Positions 29,031 through 38,527 of a stretch of 64,000 bases of DNA are shown here, piece after piece. The stretch is from Minisyncoccia bacterium. Its GTDB lineage: Bacteria > Patescibacteriota > Minisyncoccia > Phycocordibacterales > UBA6065. Below the pieces are notes generated by a model, which did no database searches, was not told the DNA's origin, and saw only the letters and a program-made list of their open reading frames with translations. How positions within the stretch are numbered: position 1 is the first letter of the stretch; each line of letters opens with the position of its first letter. Made by a program: the position numbers and the translations under genes. The stretch is taken from assembly GCA_044233485.1 (NCBI GenBank), contig JBIIJY010000001.1, positions 80,701 to 144,700 on the forward strand, given 5' to 3'.

Positions 29031-29213
29031 TCACCGTGCGGATTCCGTGACACCAGCTGGTGTCCTACTGCTCATCGAGCGAAGGTCTACTTCTTGCTCG
29101 CCAGCCATACCAAGGATCATCACAAAGAGGACGAGACACAAGGCGGCCGTAAGGACACAAATTACTCGCTCAAACGGAGTATAGTGCCCGCTCATTTCAT
29201 TTTTAATTTCCAT
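29031..29213 (-). CDS. Small single-TM hypothetical protein
   Basis: Hydrophobic segment; lies between topA and the def promoter; start uncertain. Confidence 0.4.
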   Translation of the reverse strand: MEIKNEMSGHYTPFERVICVLTAALCLVLFVMILGMAGEQEVDLRSMSSRTPAGVTESAR

Positions 29214-29268
29214 AGGGCCTCCATTGACAGAGTAGCATATTATAGATATATTCACAATATCGATTTAT

Positions 29269-29841
29269 ATGAAGACCTCGATCATACAAGAACCACATCC
29301 GACCCTCCGCGCCAAAGCCAAGGCGGTTCCTCACGGCTCTCTGACTTCACCAGAAGTGAAGTCGATAATCGAGCGAATGAAGAAAATCCTTTCCACTCAA
29401 GAGGACGGTGTTGCTATTGCCGCACCGCAAATCAACGAGCCATGGCGAATTTTTGTCGTCTCCGGCAAAGTACGAGAACTGATTCGTGCAAAGAAAGGCG
29501 CTGAGGCTGAGCCTACACAGTCAACACATGATCTGGTGTTTATAAATCCAAAGATTATTAAACGCTCACGTGAGAAGGAAGAAATGGAAGAGGGATGCCT
29601 TTCGGTACGCTGGCAGTACGGAGTCGTAAAGCGAAGCAAGCGAGCAACTGTGGAAGCTTACGACGAACACGGAACAAAATTCACCCTTGGGGGCGCAGGA
29701 TTACTCGCCCAGATCTTCCAGCACGAGACCGACCATCTCGACGGAGTGCTCTTTATCGACCATGCTACTGATCTTCAAGACCTCCCTCCAGAAAAGATTG
29801 AAGAACTCGAAAAGCGTAACGCTTCGCACTCTCACGCATAA
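29269..29841 (+). CDS. def: Peptide deformylase
   Basis: GVAIAAPQI, EGCLS, QHETDHLDG. Confidence 0.97.
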   Translation: MKTSIIQEPHPTLRAKAKAVPHGSLTSPEVKSIIERMKKILSTQEDGVAIAAPQINEPWRIFVVSGKVRELIRAKKGAEAEPTQSTHDLVFINPKIIKRSREKEEMEEGCLSVRWQYGVVKRSKRATVEAYDEHGTKFTLGGAGLLAQIFQHETDHLDGVLFIDHATDLQDLPPEKIEELEKRNASHSHA

Positions 29842-29886
29842 CACTGCTCGCCGACACTCGTACACTCGGCTATACTTTCACTATCT

Positions 29887-30756
29887 ATGCATCGCATTAT
29901 ATTTTTTGGCACAGGCCCTGTCGCCGAGCATGCCTTCAACACTCTCTGTGAGGCTGGCTTCACCCCTACTTGTCTTGTAACGAAGCCTGATGCACTCGTC
30001 GGTCGTAAGCAACTACTCACCCCACCTCATATTAAATCTCTCGCGATTGCTCGTAGTGTCAAAGTTCTCCAACCAGTAAAACTGGTAGATATTCGTGAGC
30101 AACTCGAAGAGTACAAAGACAGCATTTTCGTTGTTGTCTCATACGGAAAAATACTTCCCGACTGGCTCCTCGCTATCCCACAGCACAAGACAATTAACCT
30201 ACACCCTTCACTTCTTCCACGATTCCGAGGACCGTCACCACTCGAATCTCAGATCCGCGCGGATGAATCACGTATGGGAGTTAGTGTGATGGAACTTGAT
30301 GCTCAAATGGACCACGGGCCGATCATCGCAATGCGAGAGATCACTCTGCCACCCATTGAACGCTATGCAGAAATTTTTGAGACACTCATCAAGACAGGGG
30401 CAGAGTTACTTATCGAAGTGCTCCGACAGATTGGCCGAGGCGAGTACCACACCACCCTCCAAGATCACGGGAAAGCAACATTTTGCACTAAGCTTGATAA
30501 AAGCCAAGGTGAAATCAACCTGGAAGGAGACCATCGGACAAACTGGCTCACCTATGTCGCCTTCTCGCGTTCAATCCGTACTTTTTTCTATGACCAGTGG
30601 CATGACTCTCGCATACGAGTAATTATTAGCAAAGCTCACTTTGTCGACGGAGTTTTTACTCCACTCACCGTCATTCCAGAAGGTAAAAAAGAAGTTTCCT
30701 ACGGGGACTATCAGAATGCTAAACGGTCGCAGGTCAATCGCGGACACATGCTATAA
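29887..30756 (+). CDS. fmt: Methionyl-tRNA formyltransferase
   Basis: IIFFGT, VSYGKILP, INLHPSLLPRFRGPSP, MDHGP; follows def. Confidence 0.95.
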   Translation: MHRIIFFGTGPVAEHAFNTLCEAGFTPTCLVTKPDALVGRKQLLTPPHIKSLAIARSVKVLQPVKLVDIREQLEEYKDSIFVVVSYGKILPDWLLAIPQHKTINLHPSLLPRFRGPSPLESQIRADESRMGVSVMELDAQMDHGPIIAMREITLPPIERYAEIFETLIKTGAELLIEVLRQIGRGEYHTTLQDHGKATFCTKLDKSQGEINLEGDHRTNWLTYVAFSRSIRTFFYDQWHDSRIRVIISKAHFVDGVFTPLTVIPEGKKEVSYGDYQNAKRSQVNRGHML

Positions 30757-30764
30757 TTCTCTAC

Positions 30765-32021
30765 GTGAATTCATTTCTCACGAAACTTAGAGTGAGCTGG
30801 TTTATTGCCTGGCGTCAGCTCAAACGAGGAAGTATGTGGACAAACGTACTCATCGTTTTCATCATGACTCTAACATTTCTGAACCTGATCGCTGTCGGCG
30901 GTATTTTGGTCGGGCTCATTGAAGGCTCGAGCCGTGCGTATCGTGCGCAATATTCTGGAGATGTTTTGATTCGTAATGTTTCGGGTAAAGACAGTATTTC
31001 TCAAAGCCCCCACGTAGAGTCGCTCGTCCGAAACACTCCAGGTGTCGATGTCTTTTCTGTACGTGAACTTCGCGGAGTGAAAGTCGAATCAGATTATCAA
31101 CGTAAAGGAATTACCGACAAAGGCGACTTCGTGAACACCGTCCTAGCCGGCATCGATCCAGAAACCGAAAACTCTCTCACCACGATTCGTGATTTCGTTA
31201 TCGACGGAAGTTTTCTTGAAGCCGGACAAGAAGGATTTGTCGTTATTGGATCCGACATTGTCAAAGGATACGCGCGAGGGATTCCCCGAGAAGACGAGGT
31301 GATCGGCAATGTCTATCCTGGTTCAAAAGTGCGCATAGAATACAAAGGAAAGTTTTATGAAAAGACAGTCAAAGGAATCATTCGTAGTAAAAATGAAGGT
31401 ATGGGACGGCGTATGTACATGAATGCTTCAGAGTTACGAAAGATTACCGACAACAGTGCTCGAGATAGCAATGAAATTGCGATTCGCCTCCTCCCTGGAT
31501 ACACCCCGGAGCAAGTTCGAGACTATCTCGTCGGAGTGATTCCTCCGACCGCTAACGCTCAAGTGGAGACCTGGGAAGAATCTCAAGGTTCATTTTTTCG
31601 TGATATCAATATGACCTTTGCTCTTTTGGGAAACTTTATCGGCGCCATCGGCCTCTTCATTGCCTCGATCACAATTTTCATTGTTATCTTCATCAACGCG
31701 GTGAATCGTCGTCGCTATATCGGAATCCTCAAAGGTATCGGAATCCCCGCGGATGTGATTGAAATCGCCTATGTAATTCAGGCCTGCATTTATGCCCTCA
31801 TCGGTACGGCCTGTGGTATGGCGATTGTCTTCTTTGTGCTCATTCCCTATTTCGATGCAAACCCGATCAATTTCCCCTTTAGTGACGGCATTCTCTACGC
31901 CACATTAAGCGGAGCACTTATCCGTGCTGGTGCTTTGATGATCGTCACCCTGCTTGCAGGCTATATCCCGGCGAAAATAGTGACCAGTAAAAAGACCCTT
32001 GATGCAATACTTGGCCGATAA
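30765..32021 (+). CDS. ABC transporter permease (FtsX/MacB/LolC-type)
   Basis: N-terminal TM, large extracytoplasmic domain, RRYIGILKGIG, 3 C-terminal TMs. Confidence 0.9.
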   Translation: MNSFLTKLRVSWFIAWRQLKRGSMWTNVLIVFIMTLTFLNLIAVGGILVGLIEGSSRAYRAQYSGDVLIRNVSGKDSISQSPHVESLVRNTPGVDVFSVRELRGVKVESDYQRKGITDKGDFVNTVLAGIDPETENSLTTIRDFVIDGSFLEAGQEGFVVIGSDIVKGYARGIPREDEVIGNVYPGSKVRIEYKGKFYEKTVKGIIRSKNEGMGRRMYMNASELRKITDNSARDSNEIAIRLLPGYTPEQVRDYLVGVIPPTANAQVETWEESQGSFFRDINMTFALLGNFIGAIGLFIASITIFIVIFINAVNRRRYIGILKGIGIPADVIEIAYVIQACIYALIGTACGMAIVFFVLIPYFDANPINFPFSDGILYATLSGALIRAGALMIVTLLAGYIPAKIVTSKKTLDAILGR

Positions 32022-32030
32022 TTTACATCC

Positions 32031-32711
32031 ATGATAAAAATCGAGAAACTTATAAAATCATACTTCACGAGCGGCGTTGAAACACAGGTGCTCAAAGGCG
32101 TAAACGTCTACATCCCTACCGGACAATTTGTGGCGATCATTGGCCCGTCGGGAGCTGGTAAATCTACTCTTTTGTATCAAATGAGTCTGCTTGATAAACC
32201 GACTTCAGGCACCGTGACCGTCGACGACACGCTCGTTTCAAACTTCAATGAAGCCGAGGCTACTGCCTTTCGCCTACGGAATTTCGGTTTCGTCTTTCAA
32301 GACTACTCCCTCGTACCGGAGCTCACCGCCCTCGAGAACATCATCACTCCGATTCTCATGAAAGGTGTTCCCGAAAAAGAAGCCGTGCGACGAGCGCGAG
32401 AGATCATGGCCACCCTTGAAGTAGAGCGTCTCGCTCACAAAATACCGAGCCAAATGTCTGGCGGTGAACAGCAACGAGTCTCGATTGGTCGAGCGATCGC
32501 TGACAAGCCGAAGATTCTTTTTGCTGACGAGCCCACAGCAAGTCTTGATACTGTCCGCAGTGAAGAAGTGATTGAAGCTTTGCTCAAGCTCAATCGCGAG
32601 CAAGCACAGACAATCGTCATGGTGACTCATGAACTCGAGTATGCACAGCGAGCGGATCGCATCATCGAGCTCAAGGACGGGATCGTCGTTGGTGATCGTA
32701 TGCGGAAATAA
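32031..32711 (+). CDS. ABC transporter ATP-binding protein (LolD/MacB-type)
   Basis: GPSGAGKST, MSGGEQQR, ADEPT, VTH. Confidence 0.95.
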   Translation: MIKIEKLIKSYFTSGVETQVLKGVNVYIPTGQFVAIIGPSGAGKSTLLYQMSLLDKPTSGTVTVDDTLVSNFNEAEATAFRLRNFGFVFQDYSLVPELTALENIITPILMKGVPEKEAVRRAREIMATLEVERLAHKIPSQMSGGEQQRVSIGRAIADKPKILFADEPTASLDTVRSEEVIEALLKLNREQAQTIVMVTHELEYAQRADRIIELKDGIVVGDRMRK

Positions 32712-32761
32712 AAGCATAGAAAAAGCCCGGACAACGTCCGGGCTTCGAAGTGATGACAAGA

Positions 32762-33463
32762 TTATGCGTCATCAGCTGAATCCAACCTCCTCTGAGCCTC
32801 CGCAAAGACATCGTCAACCCGAGGTGCTCGATAACCATAGTCGCTGGCAATCGAATTAATCAGCATTAGTAGACTCTTCCACTCCTGTGACCTTCCTTTT
32901 TCGTGTTCATCTGGGAAAAACCTACTTAACATCTCTCCCACGAGAACCCTAAGCGCGATCTGAATCAAGACCTCCTCGACTTCATCGCCATTCAGAGGGG
33001 GTATACTCTTACGATCCACACACTCAGTGAGGGAGGTGTGTAAGTGTGACACGAACTCGTCTGGAGTCCACATTTTGTTCTGGAGAGCATCAGGTCCGAA
33101 TGCACTCACGGCAACCAAAAACAAACTCTCGCCGAAGTATTCTTCGATTTGCTCGCGACGAGCGGAGTCTGGCCTGGACTTCAGCATTTTGGAAACATGC
33201 ATCAAAGGAATTCTTCCTATCAATATGGACGCCAAAGCAAACATCGCTCCAACTTGTGCACTAAACACTGCAGTAATCAAAGTGGCAGATACGAGAATAA
33301 GTAGCACCACAGCAGATTTTTTGACAGCACGTCGTGCATAGACATACGCCGCGATATCCTCTTTTGCACGGATTATTTCTGCTGGTCTAGCTGGAAGTAG
33401 TGCTGGATCCGCATCAAATACTTTCGTCCAAAGGCTTGCAAAGGGCTTGAGTTTTTTTCTCAT
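32762..33463 (-). CDS. Hypothetical membrane protein (orphan cassette)
   Basis: 2 TM; promoter TTGACA-N16-TATAAT at 33590-33617; terminator at about 32720-32746. Confidence 0.7.
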   Translation of the reverse strand: MRKKLKPFASLWTKVFDADPALLPARPAEIIRAKEDIAAYVYARRAVKKSAVVLLILVSATLITAVFSAQVGAMFALASILIGRIPLMHVSKMLKSRPDSARREQIEEYFGESLFLVAVSAFGPDALQNKMWTPDEFVSHLHTSLTECVDRKSIPPLNGDEVEEVLIQIALRVLVGEMLSRFFPDEHEKGRSQEWKSLLMLINSIASDYGYRAPRVDDVFAEAQRRLDSADDA

Positions 33464-33731
33464 AACAATGATCTTTCCGACATGCCAATTTTTGAGCTAT
33501 GGGAGTTCTAGTTCCATTCGATACCAAGTTCTAGTTCGGCACCAAATACTTCATATACTCAAGAAAAGCTGGCAACTTTTCTACTATATATTATATCATA
33601 TATAGCTATAATGTCAATTATAGGTACTTCTGCTCTCCAGTACTTGTTTTTGCCATTTATATGGGAGCGTGATAGGATTTTTTCAGAAAAACAGAAGGTA
33701 CAAACTCGAGTTGGGTTTGCTTTTTGTTTCA

Positions 33732-34451
33732 ATGCAGGAACATTGTTACCCCATGCTTCCATTGTTAGTTCACACTCTTGCAGGAGAGACTTTTTCATTT
33801 CCTGAACTGAGACACACCGACATCCTTCTCGCCCTAGGCCCACCCGGCGGAGGGAAAGGCACGGATTTCAAGCACTGTGTCGGTGCCTTACTTGAAAGGA
33901 AGTCTGCCTGTGTTATCACGCAGAGCGCTATCCTTACTTCCGCACAGCTCGACTCGGCGTTCAGTAACACTCATCGAAGAATCATCACCCACTCCTTGGC
34001 CAACGACATCCTTACACCGGATCATATTGCCATGAATGTTCTCGGGCGCGAATTAGCATTGCGTCTGGACAGTGGTGTGAAATACGACTTCGTCGCCATC
34101 GATGGAGGAGGACGGTCGCTTGGCCAGGCACTTGGCCTCGCAAACTCTGGAGCAAAGATCTACGTGATCAATCTGGAATACAGTGACACGGACGAAGAAC
34201 TTCTTCTTGCTCGGATGCAGTCGCGTGCTCGTAACCCACGTGAACTCGACTCACACTATAACCTTCAACGCTTACGGCAGTTTGAAGAGGTGACAGTCCC
34301 TGGAATCACAAAGCTTCGGACACTTGTATCCTCCATGCAGTGGCTCGACGTCCCTTGTTCCCTTGAAAAAGAGGAGCGACACCGCCTAGAGATGCAGTTT
34401 CTGAATCGAGCCTTTGGGCTCGTGGAGACCGTAGAGGCAGTAGCTGCCTAA
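33732..34451 (+). CDS. Divergent adenylate-kinase-like protein
   Basis: LGPPGGGKGT, IDGGGRSLGQA (cf. LDGFPR...QA), RMQSRAR, QRLRQFEEVT; start uncertain. Confidence 0.7.
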   Translation: MQEHCYPMLPLLVHTLAGETFSFPELRHTDILLALGPPGGGKGTDFKHCVGALLERKSACVITQSAILTSAQLDSAFSNTHRRIITHSLANDILTPDHIAMNVLGRELALRLDSGVKYDFVAIDGGGRSLGQALGLANSGAKIYVINLEYSDTDEELLLARMQSRARNPRELDSHYNLQRLRQFEEVTVPGITKLRTLVSSMQWLDVPCSLEKEERHRLEMQFLNRAFGLVETVEAVAA

Positions 34452-34600
34452 ACGGTCAAAGACATGCCCGGCGGACAAACGTTCGCCGGGCTCTTTTTTA
34501 TTTACGACCAACTAGACCAGTATAAAAAATTGTGTTATTCTAACCTCACCAAGCCTTTCTCAGGCTTATTTATTTACTTCGCTCGTAATTCGTTATCATC

Positions 34601-36379
34601 ATGGAAATTAGAAATATTGCTATCATTGCTCACGTGGACCACGGTAAGACTACCCTTACCGATGCGATACTGCGACAATGCGGCGCAGCTACTGAAGGTG
34701 TCTCAATGGACTCAAACGCCCTTGAACAAGAGCGAGGTATTACTATCTATGCCAAGAACACTTCTATTTTTTATAAAGGCACAAAAATCAACATCGTTGA
34801 CACTCCTGGACACGCGGACTTCGGTTCTGAAGTAGAGCGTGTACTTCGAGCTATCGACACCGTGCTTCTCATCGTCGACGCACAGGAAGGCCCGATGCCA
34901 CAGACTCGTTTCGTCTTGAAAAAGTCTCTCGAGCTTGGGCACAAACCAATCGTCGTTATCAACAAAATCGATAAGCCAGCTGCACGAATCAAGGAAGTCA
35001 TGGATGAAATCCTCGAACTCTTCTTTGAGCTTGGTGCCAATGATGAACAGCTCGGCTTTACTACTATCTACGCTGTCGGACGTGATGGTGTAGCGATGAT
35101 CAACGCTGAAGACGAACGAAAAGACCTCTCTCCTCTTCTTGATACGGTATTGAAGCTTGTCCCTCCAGCTAAACAAGAGCTTGAAAAGCCGTTCCGAATG
35201 CAGCCGTTCAACCTCGCCTACGACAACTTCGTCGGCCGTCTTGCGGTCGGTCGTGTGTTTGAAGGAGTGATCAAAGTGGGATCAACAGTGACAGTCAAGA
35301 AAGCGACCGGTGAAGCGCGTACAGGAAAAATCACCAAACTTTCAACCTTTGAAGGTGTTGCAAAGAAAGAAGTGGCTGAAGCTGTCGCTGGAGACATTGT
35401 CATGATTGCCGGACTTCCAGATATTTATATCGGCGAGACGATCTGCCAGACTCCAGACCAGGATCCCCTTCCCGCAATCGCTATCGACGAGCCAACCATC
35501 TCGCTTAATTTCCTTGTTAACAATTCCCCATTTGCTGGTCGTGAAGGTAAATACGTTACCACTCGACAGATCCGTGACCGACTCGAGCGCGAGCTTGAAG
35601 TCAACGTCGGTTTGAAAGTCGACTTTTCAGAAAACGATACCTTCAAAGTCTATGGTCGTGGTGAGCTTCATATCTCAGTCCTCCTTGAAAACATGCGCCG
35701 TGAAGGATACGAAGTGCAAGTCTCACAACCACAAGTAATCACCAAAGAAATTGATGGTGTTTTGCACGAACCATTTGAGGAACTCATCGCTGATGTTCGC
35801 TCAGAATGTTCTGGTGAAGTGATCCGAAAACTTGGTATGCGAAAAGGTATTATGACCAACATGAAAGAGGAAAATGGACTTGTCCGCCTCACCTTTGAAA
35901 TCCCGACTCGTGGACTTTTGGGATATCGTGGAGAGTTTGTCATCGACACAAAGGGTGAAGGTATCATGTCATCTCGCTTTATCGAATTCCGCCCATCAGT
36001 TGGTGAAATCGAACGTCACGAAGTCGGTTCAATGGTTTCAATGGAGACCTGTAAGTCGATTGCGTTTGCCCTCGATAACCTCCAGACTCGAGGAACACTC
36101 TATATCGGCGCTGGTGTTGATGTATACGAAGGTATGGTGGTCGGTAACACCTCAAAGGGTGAAGATATGGAAGTAAATCCAGGAAAGGCTAAGCAGCTTT
36201 CAAACTACCGTTCAGCCGGAAAGGATGATGCAACTGTGCTTACTCCTCCATGGGAGATCACCATCGAGCGAGGACTTGAAGTGATGCGAGAGGATGACTA
36301 TCTCGAGATCACTCCTGAGTCAGTCCGCCTCCGAAAGAAACTTCTCACGACATCAGAACGAGCAAAGAAAAAGAAATGA
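34601..36379 (+). CDS. typA: Translational GTPase TypA/BipA
   Basis: IAHVDHGKTT, ERGITI, DTPGHADF, NKID, GRGELH, RREGYE. Confidence 0.97.
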   Translation: MEIRNIAIIAHVDHGKTTLTDAILRQCGAATEGVSMDSNALEQERGITIYAKNTSIFYKGTKINIVDTPGHADFGSEVERVLRAIDTVLLIVDAQEGPMPQTRFVLKKSLELGHKPIVVINKIDKPAARIKEVMDEILELFFELGANDEQLGFTTIYAVGRDGVAMINAEDERKDLSPLLDTVLKLVPPAKQELEKPFRMQPFNLAYDNFVGRLAVGRVFEGVIKVGSTVTVKKATGEARTGKITKLSTFEGVAKKEVAEAVAGDIVMIAGLPDIYIGETICQTPDQDPLPAIAIDEPTISLNFLVNNSPFAGREGKYVTTRQIRDRLERELEVNVGLKVDFSENDTFKVYGRGELHISVLLENMRREGYEVQVSQPQVITKEIDGVLHEPFEELIADVRSECSGEVIRKLGMRKGIMTNMKEENGLVRLTFEIPTRGLLGYRGEFVIDTKGEGIMSSRFIEFRPSVGEIERHEVGSMVSMETCKSIAFALDNLQTRGTLYIGAGVDVYEGMVVGNTSKGEDMEVNPGKAKQLSNYRSAGKDDATVLTPPWEITIERGLEVMREDDYLEITPESVRLRKKLLTTSERAKKKK

Positions 36380-36380
36380 T

Positions 36381-36412
36381 CAAAATAACCACCCTCACGG
36401 GTGGTTATTTTG
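36381..36412. repeat. 32-bp palindromic terminator, copy 1
   Basis: caaaataaccaccctcacgggtggttattttg, identical to 37452-37483; related hairpins at about 37758-37785 and 18685-18710. Confidence 0.9.
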
Positions 36413-36481
36413 ATATATTTTTTGTGTATAAAAAATCCCGCGCAAGTTTCCAAGCGCGGGTAAGAGATAAGGGTGTAAGCC

Positions 36482-37249
36482 TTAAGCTGTAAGAGGAACC
36501 TCTTTTGCTAAACGCGGACCGCTGAAGGCGTACTGACGGTCAGCAAGCCGGCTGCTCAAGTTAACCTGCAGGCGGCCGCAATCCCAGTCGCCGCACGCGA
36601 CGTCCTCGCCGAGACGTTGATGTGGGAAAATTGTGTGTCCACGCACGTCATGCGTCAAAACCCTCCGCCACACGTTGAACGCTTGGCGAATAATATACTC
36701 AGCACGAGTCATCCACGTCAAACCAAGACCCTCGGCGTCTTTTGCAGACCTGCCGAGATATTCTGTGTCAGGCTCAACAGAATCTGCAAACGACCGTAGA
36801 GTCATCTTGCCCGACGCAACAGAATGACTGAAGGGGTCGAGGTCAACGTGGAGATAATACGGAACCAGAGGCCTCAAGAGCTCAACGAGTTCTTGGTCCG
36901 ACATCGTGCCGGGATTAACGACATACATTCTGCCCTTCTCGGGGATAATGCTTGCGAGTTGCTTGCTGAAATCAATTTTGAACATGAGCCAAAACTGGCT
37001 CCAAAGTTCGATCTCGGTCAAACCAGCTTCGGCAGATGGAAATACCCGTGCTTCGGGGATGACTGGAGCAGGAGCACTGCCTGTGCCCTTCGCCAAGTCC
37101 CCCGGAAGGACAAACCCGCGCCTCAAAGCGACGGGAATTTCTCCGAGATTACTGAGATAGTAGGTCACCGCCTCATGTGACAAACACAGGATGTTTGCCA
37201 CAATCTTTCCTGCGAGGGTGATGTGTTGCTTCGAGGGTGCTGTTTCCAT
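36482..37249 (-). CDS. Hypothetical protein, probable CLec-fold DGR-target-like
   Basis: C-terminus DVACGDWDCGRLQVN...FSGPR with many NNC codons; promoter TTGACT-N17-TATTAT at 37390-37418. Confidence 0.6.
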   Translation of the reverse strand: METAPSKQHITLAGKIVANILCLSHEAVTYYLSNLGEIPVALRRGFVLPGDLAKGTGSAPAPVIPEARVFPSAEAGLTEIELWSQFWLMFKIDFSKQLASIIPEKGRMYVVNPGTMSDQELVELLRPLVPYYLHVDLDPFSHSVASGKMTLRSFADSVEPDTEYLGRSAKDAEGLGLTWMTRAEYIIRQAFNVWRRVLTHDVRGHTIFPHQRLGEDVACGDWDCGRLQVNLSSRLADRQYAFSGPRLAKEVPLTA

Positions 37250-37451
37250 AACAGGTGCCTTTATTGTGCCCCAGACTGATCGCGACTTGACGGTGATCGT
37301 TGTGTTGTATTGCCAGGGCTAACTACTCTTAACACATTAAGCACAGTTAGCCCTGTAATACACAAAATCAATGTGCTCTATCACTATACATAATAACATA
37401 TATATTATATATAGTCAATTCATATGCATTCCGCCTCGATACTCCTCCGAG

Positions 37452-37483
37452 CAAAATAACCACCCTCACGGGTGGTTATTTTG
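37452..37483. repeat. 32-bp palindromic terminator, copy 2
   Basis: Identical to 36381-36412. Confidence 0.9.
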
Positions 37484-37517
37484 CTATACTATTTTCTATA
37501 TAAATAATATAAACCAC

Positions 37518-37751
37518 ATGGAAGCAGCACCAGGAACACCAGAACAAGTGAAGTTATCAGTGACATACGAATTTGAAATTGGACAAGTATTCAATCGAGC
37601 TGAGTCTGGAATGCCACTTCAGTACTTTTTAGAAAATGAAGAGAAACTTACTTCTGAACAGATTGCTCAGATAGAGGCACTCTTGAAGGATACAAGCCTC
37701 TCAGCTGGTAAGCGCGCTGCGGCTGTCGGCAAAATACTACGAGATTTGTAA
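37518..37751 (+). CDS. Small hypothetical protein
   Basis: MEAAPGTPEQ... 77 aa, TGCTATACT upstream, terminator downstream. Confidence 0.6.
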   Translation: MEAAPGTPEQVKLSVTYEFEIGQVFNRAESGMPLQYFLENEEKLTSEQIAQIEALLKDTSLSAGKRAAAVGKILRDL

Positions 37752-37799
37752 CGCTACAAAAAACCACCCTCGCGGGTGGTTTTTTGTTACTAACAGAAG

Positions 37800-38084
37800 T
37801 TAGTTTCGTGGGCGGAATTCTCGTCGTGGAGGTCGCTCTTCAAGCGGCTTTGCCTCGTTAACTTTGATTTGTCGTCCTTCAAAATCTTTACCATCAAAAG
37901 CTTCGATAAGCTTTGCTGCATCAGCATCTTCACATGTTACGAAACCGAATCCTCGACTTCGATTTGTCATCTTGTCGATCATAACGATTGCGTCTGAGAT
38001 AGGTGCAACAGAACTAAAACCTGCTTTTAATGAATCCGTGGTAGTTCCCCATGCGAGGTTACCAACATACAATTTGATTGCCAT
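37800..38084 (-). CDS. RRM-domain RNA-binding protein
   Basis: RNP2 LYVGNL, RNP1 RGFGFV, GRQIKVNEAKP. Confidence 0.95.
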   Translation of the reverse strand: MAIKLYVGNLAWGTTTDSLKAGFSSVAPISDAIVMIDKMTNRSRGFGFVTCEDADAAKLIEAFDGKDFEGRQIKVNEAKPLEERPPRREFRPRN

Positions 38085-38303
38085 CTAATTACTTAATTAT
38101 ATTAACGTACAGTTCCCCGTACACTCTTGGATAGATTTTGATGTATCAAGCTCACGCCAACGTTCCTTTCCCCTAACCTTGAGATACTCATGATACTACC
38201 ACAGGTATGAGAATATGCAATGCACGAGTTGACATACAAGTCTTTTTGTATTTTTCTTATGTTGCGTATTGAATTCATCCATAAGAGGAGTACTATCGTA
38301 TGT

Positions 38304-38489
38304 AGAGCTCGACGTTTCGTTGTCGAAACGAGACCCCAATCAAGCGAGCGCATACCGCTTTGCAAAACGGGGGTGAACCTTCGAACCACGTGCGACCGTG
38401 AGTAGAACGAATACGCCTCACATTCGCAAGTTTCCCTGAGGACTGCAGGCTACATCACGCAATCGCCAACACTCCGAATCTCAAGCTCA
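38304..38489 (+). ncRNA. ssrS: Probable 6S RNA
   Basis: About 185-nt rod by manual pairing: gagctcga/tcaagctc, gttgtcga/tcgccaac, central bubble, gctttgca/tgcaggc, cggggg..aac/gtt.ccctg, tgcga/tcgca, gtgag/ctcac; TTGAAT-N16-TACTAT upstream; terminator downstream. Confidence 0.7.
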
Positions 38490-38527
38490 CTCGCCGATGC
38501 CTTCTCAAAAGCAGTCGGTCGCCCTTG

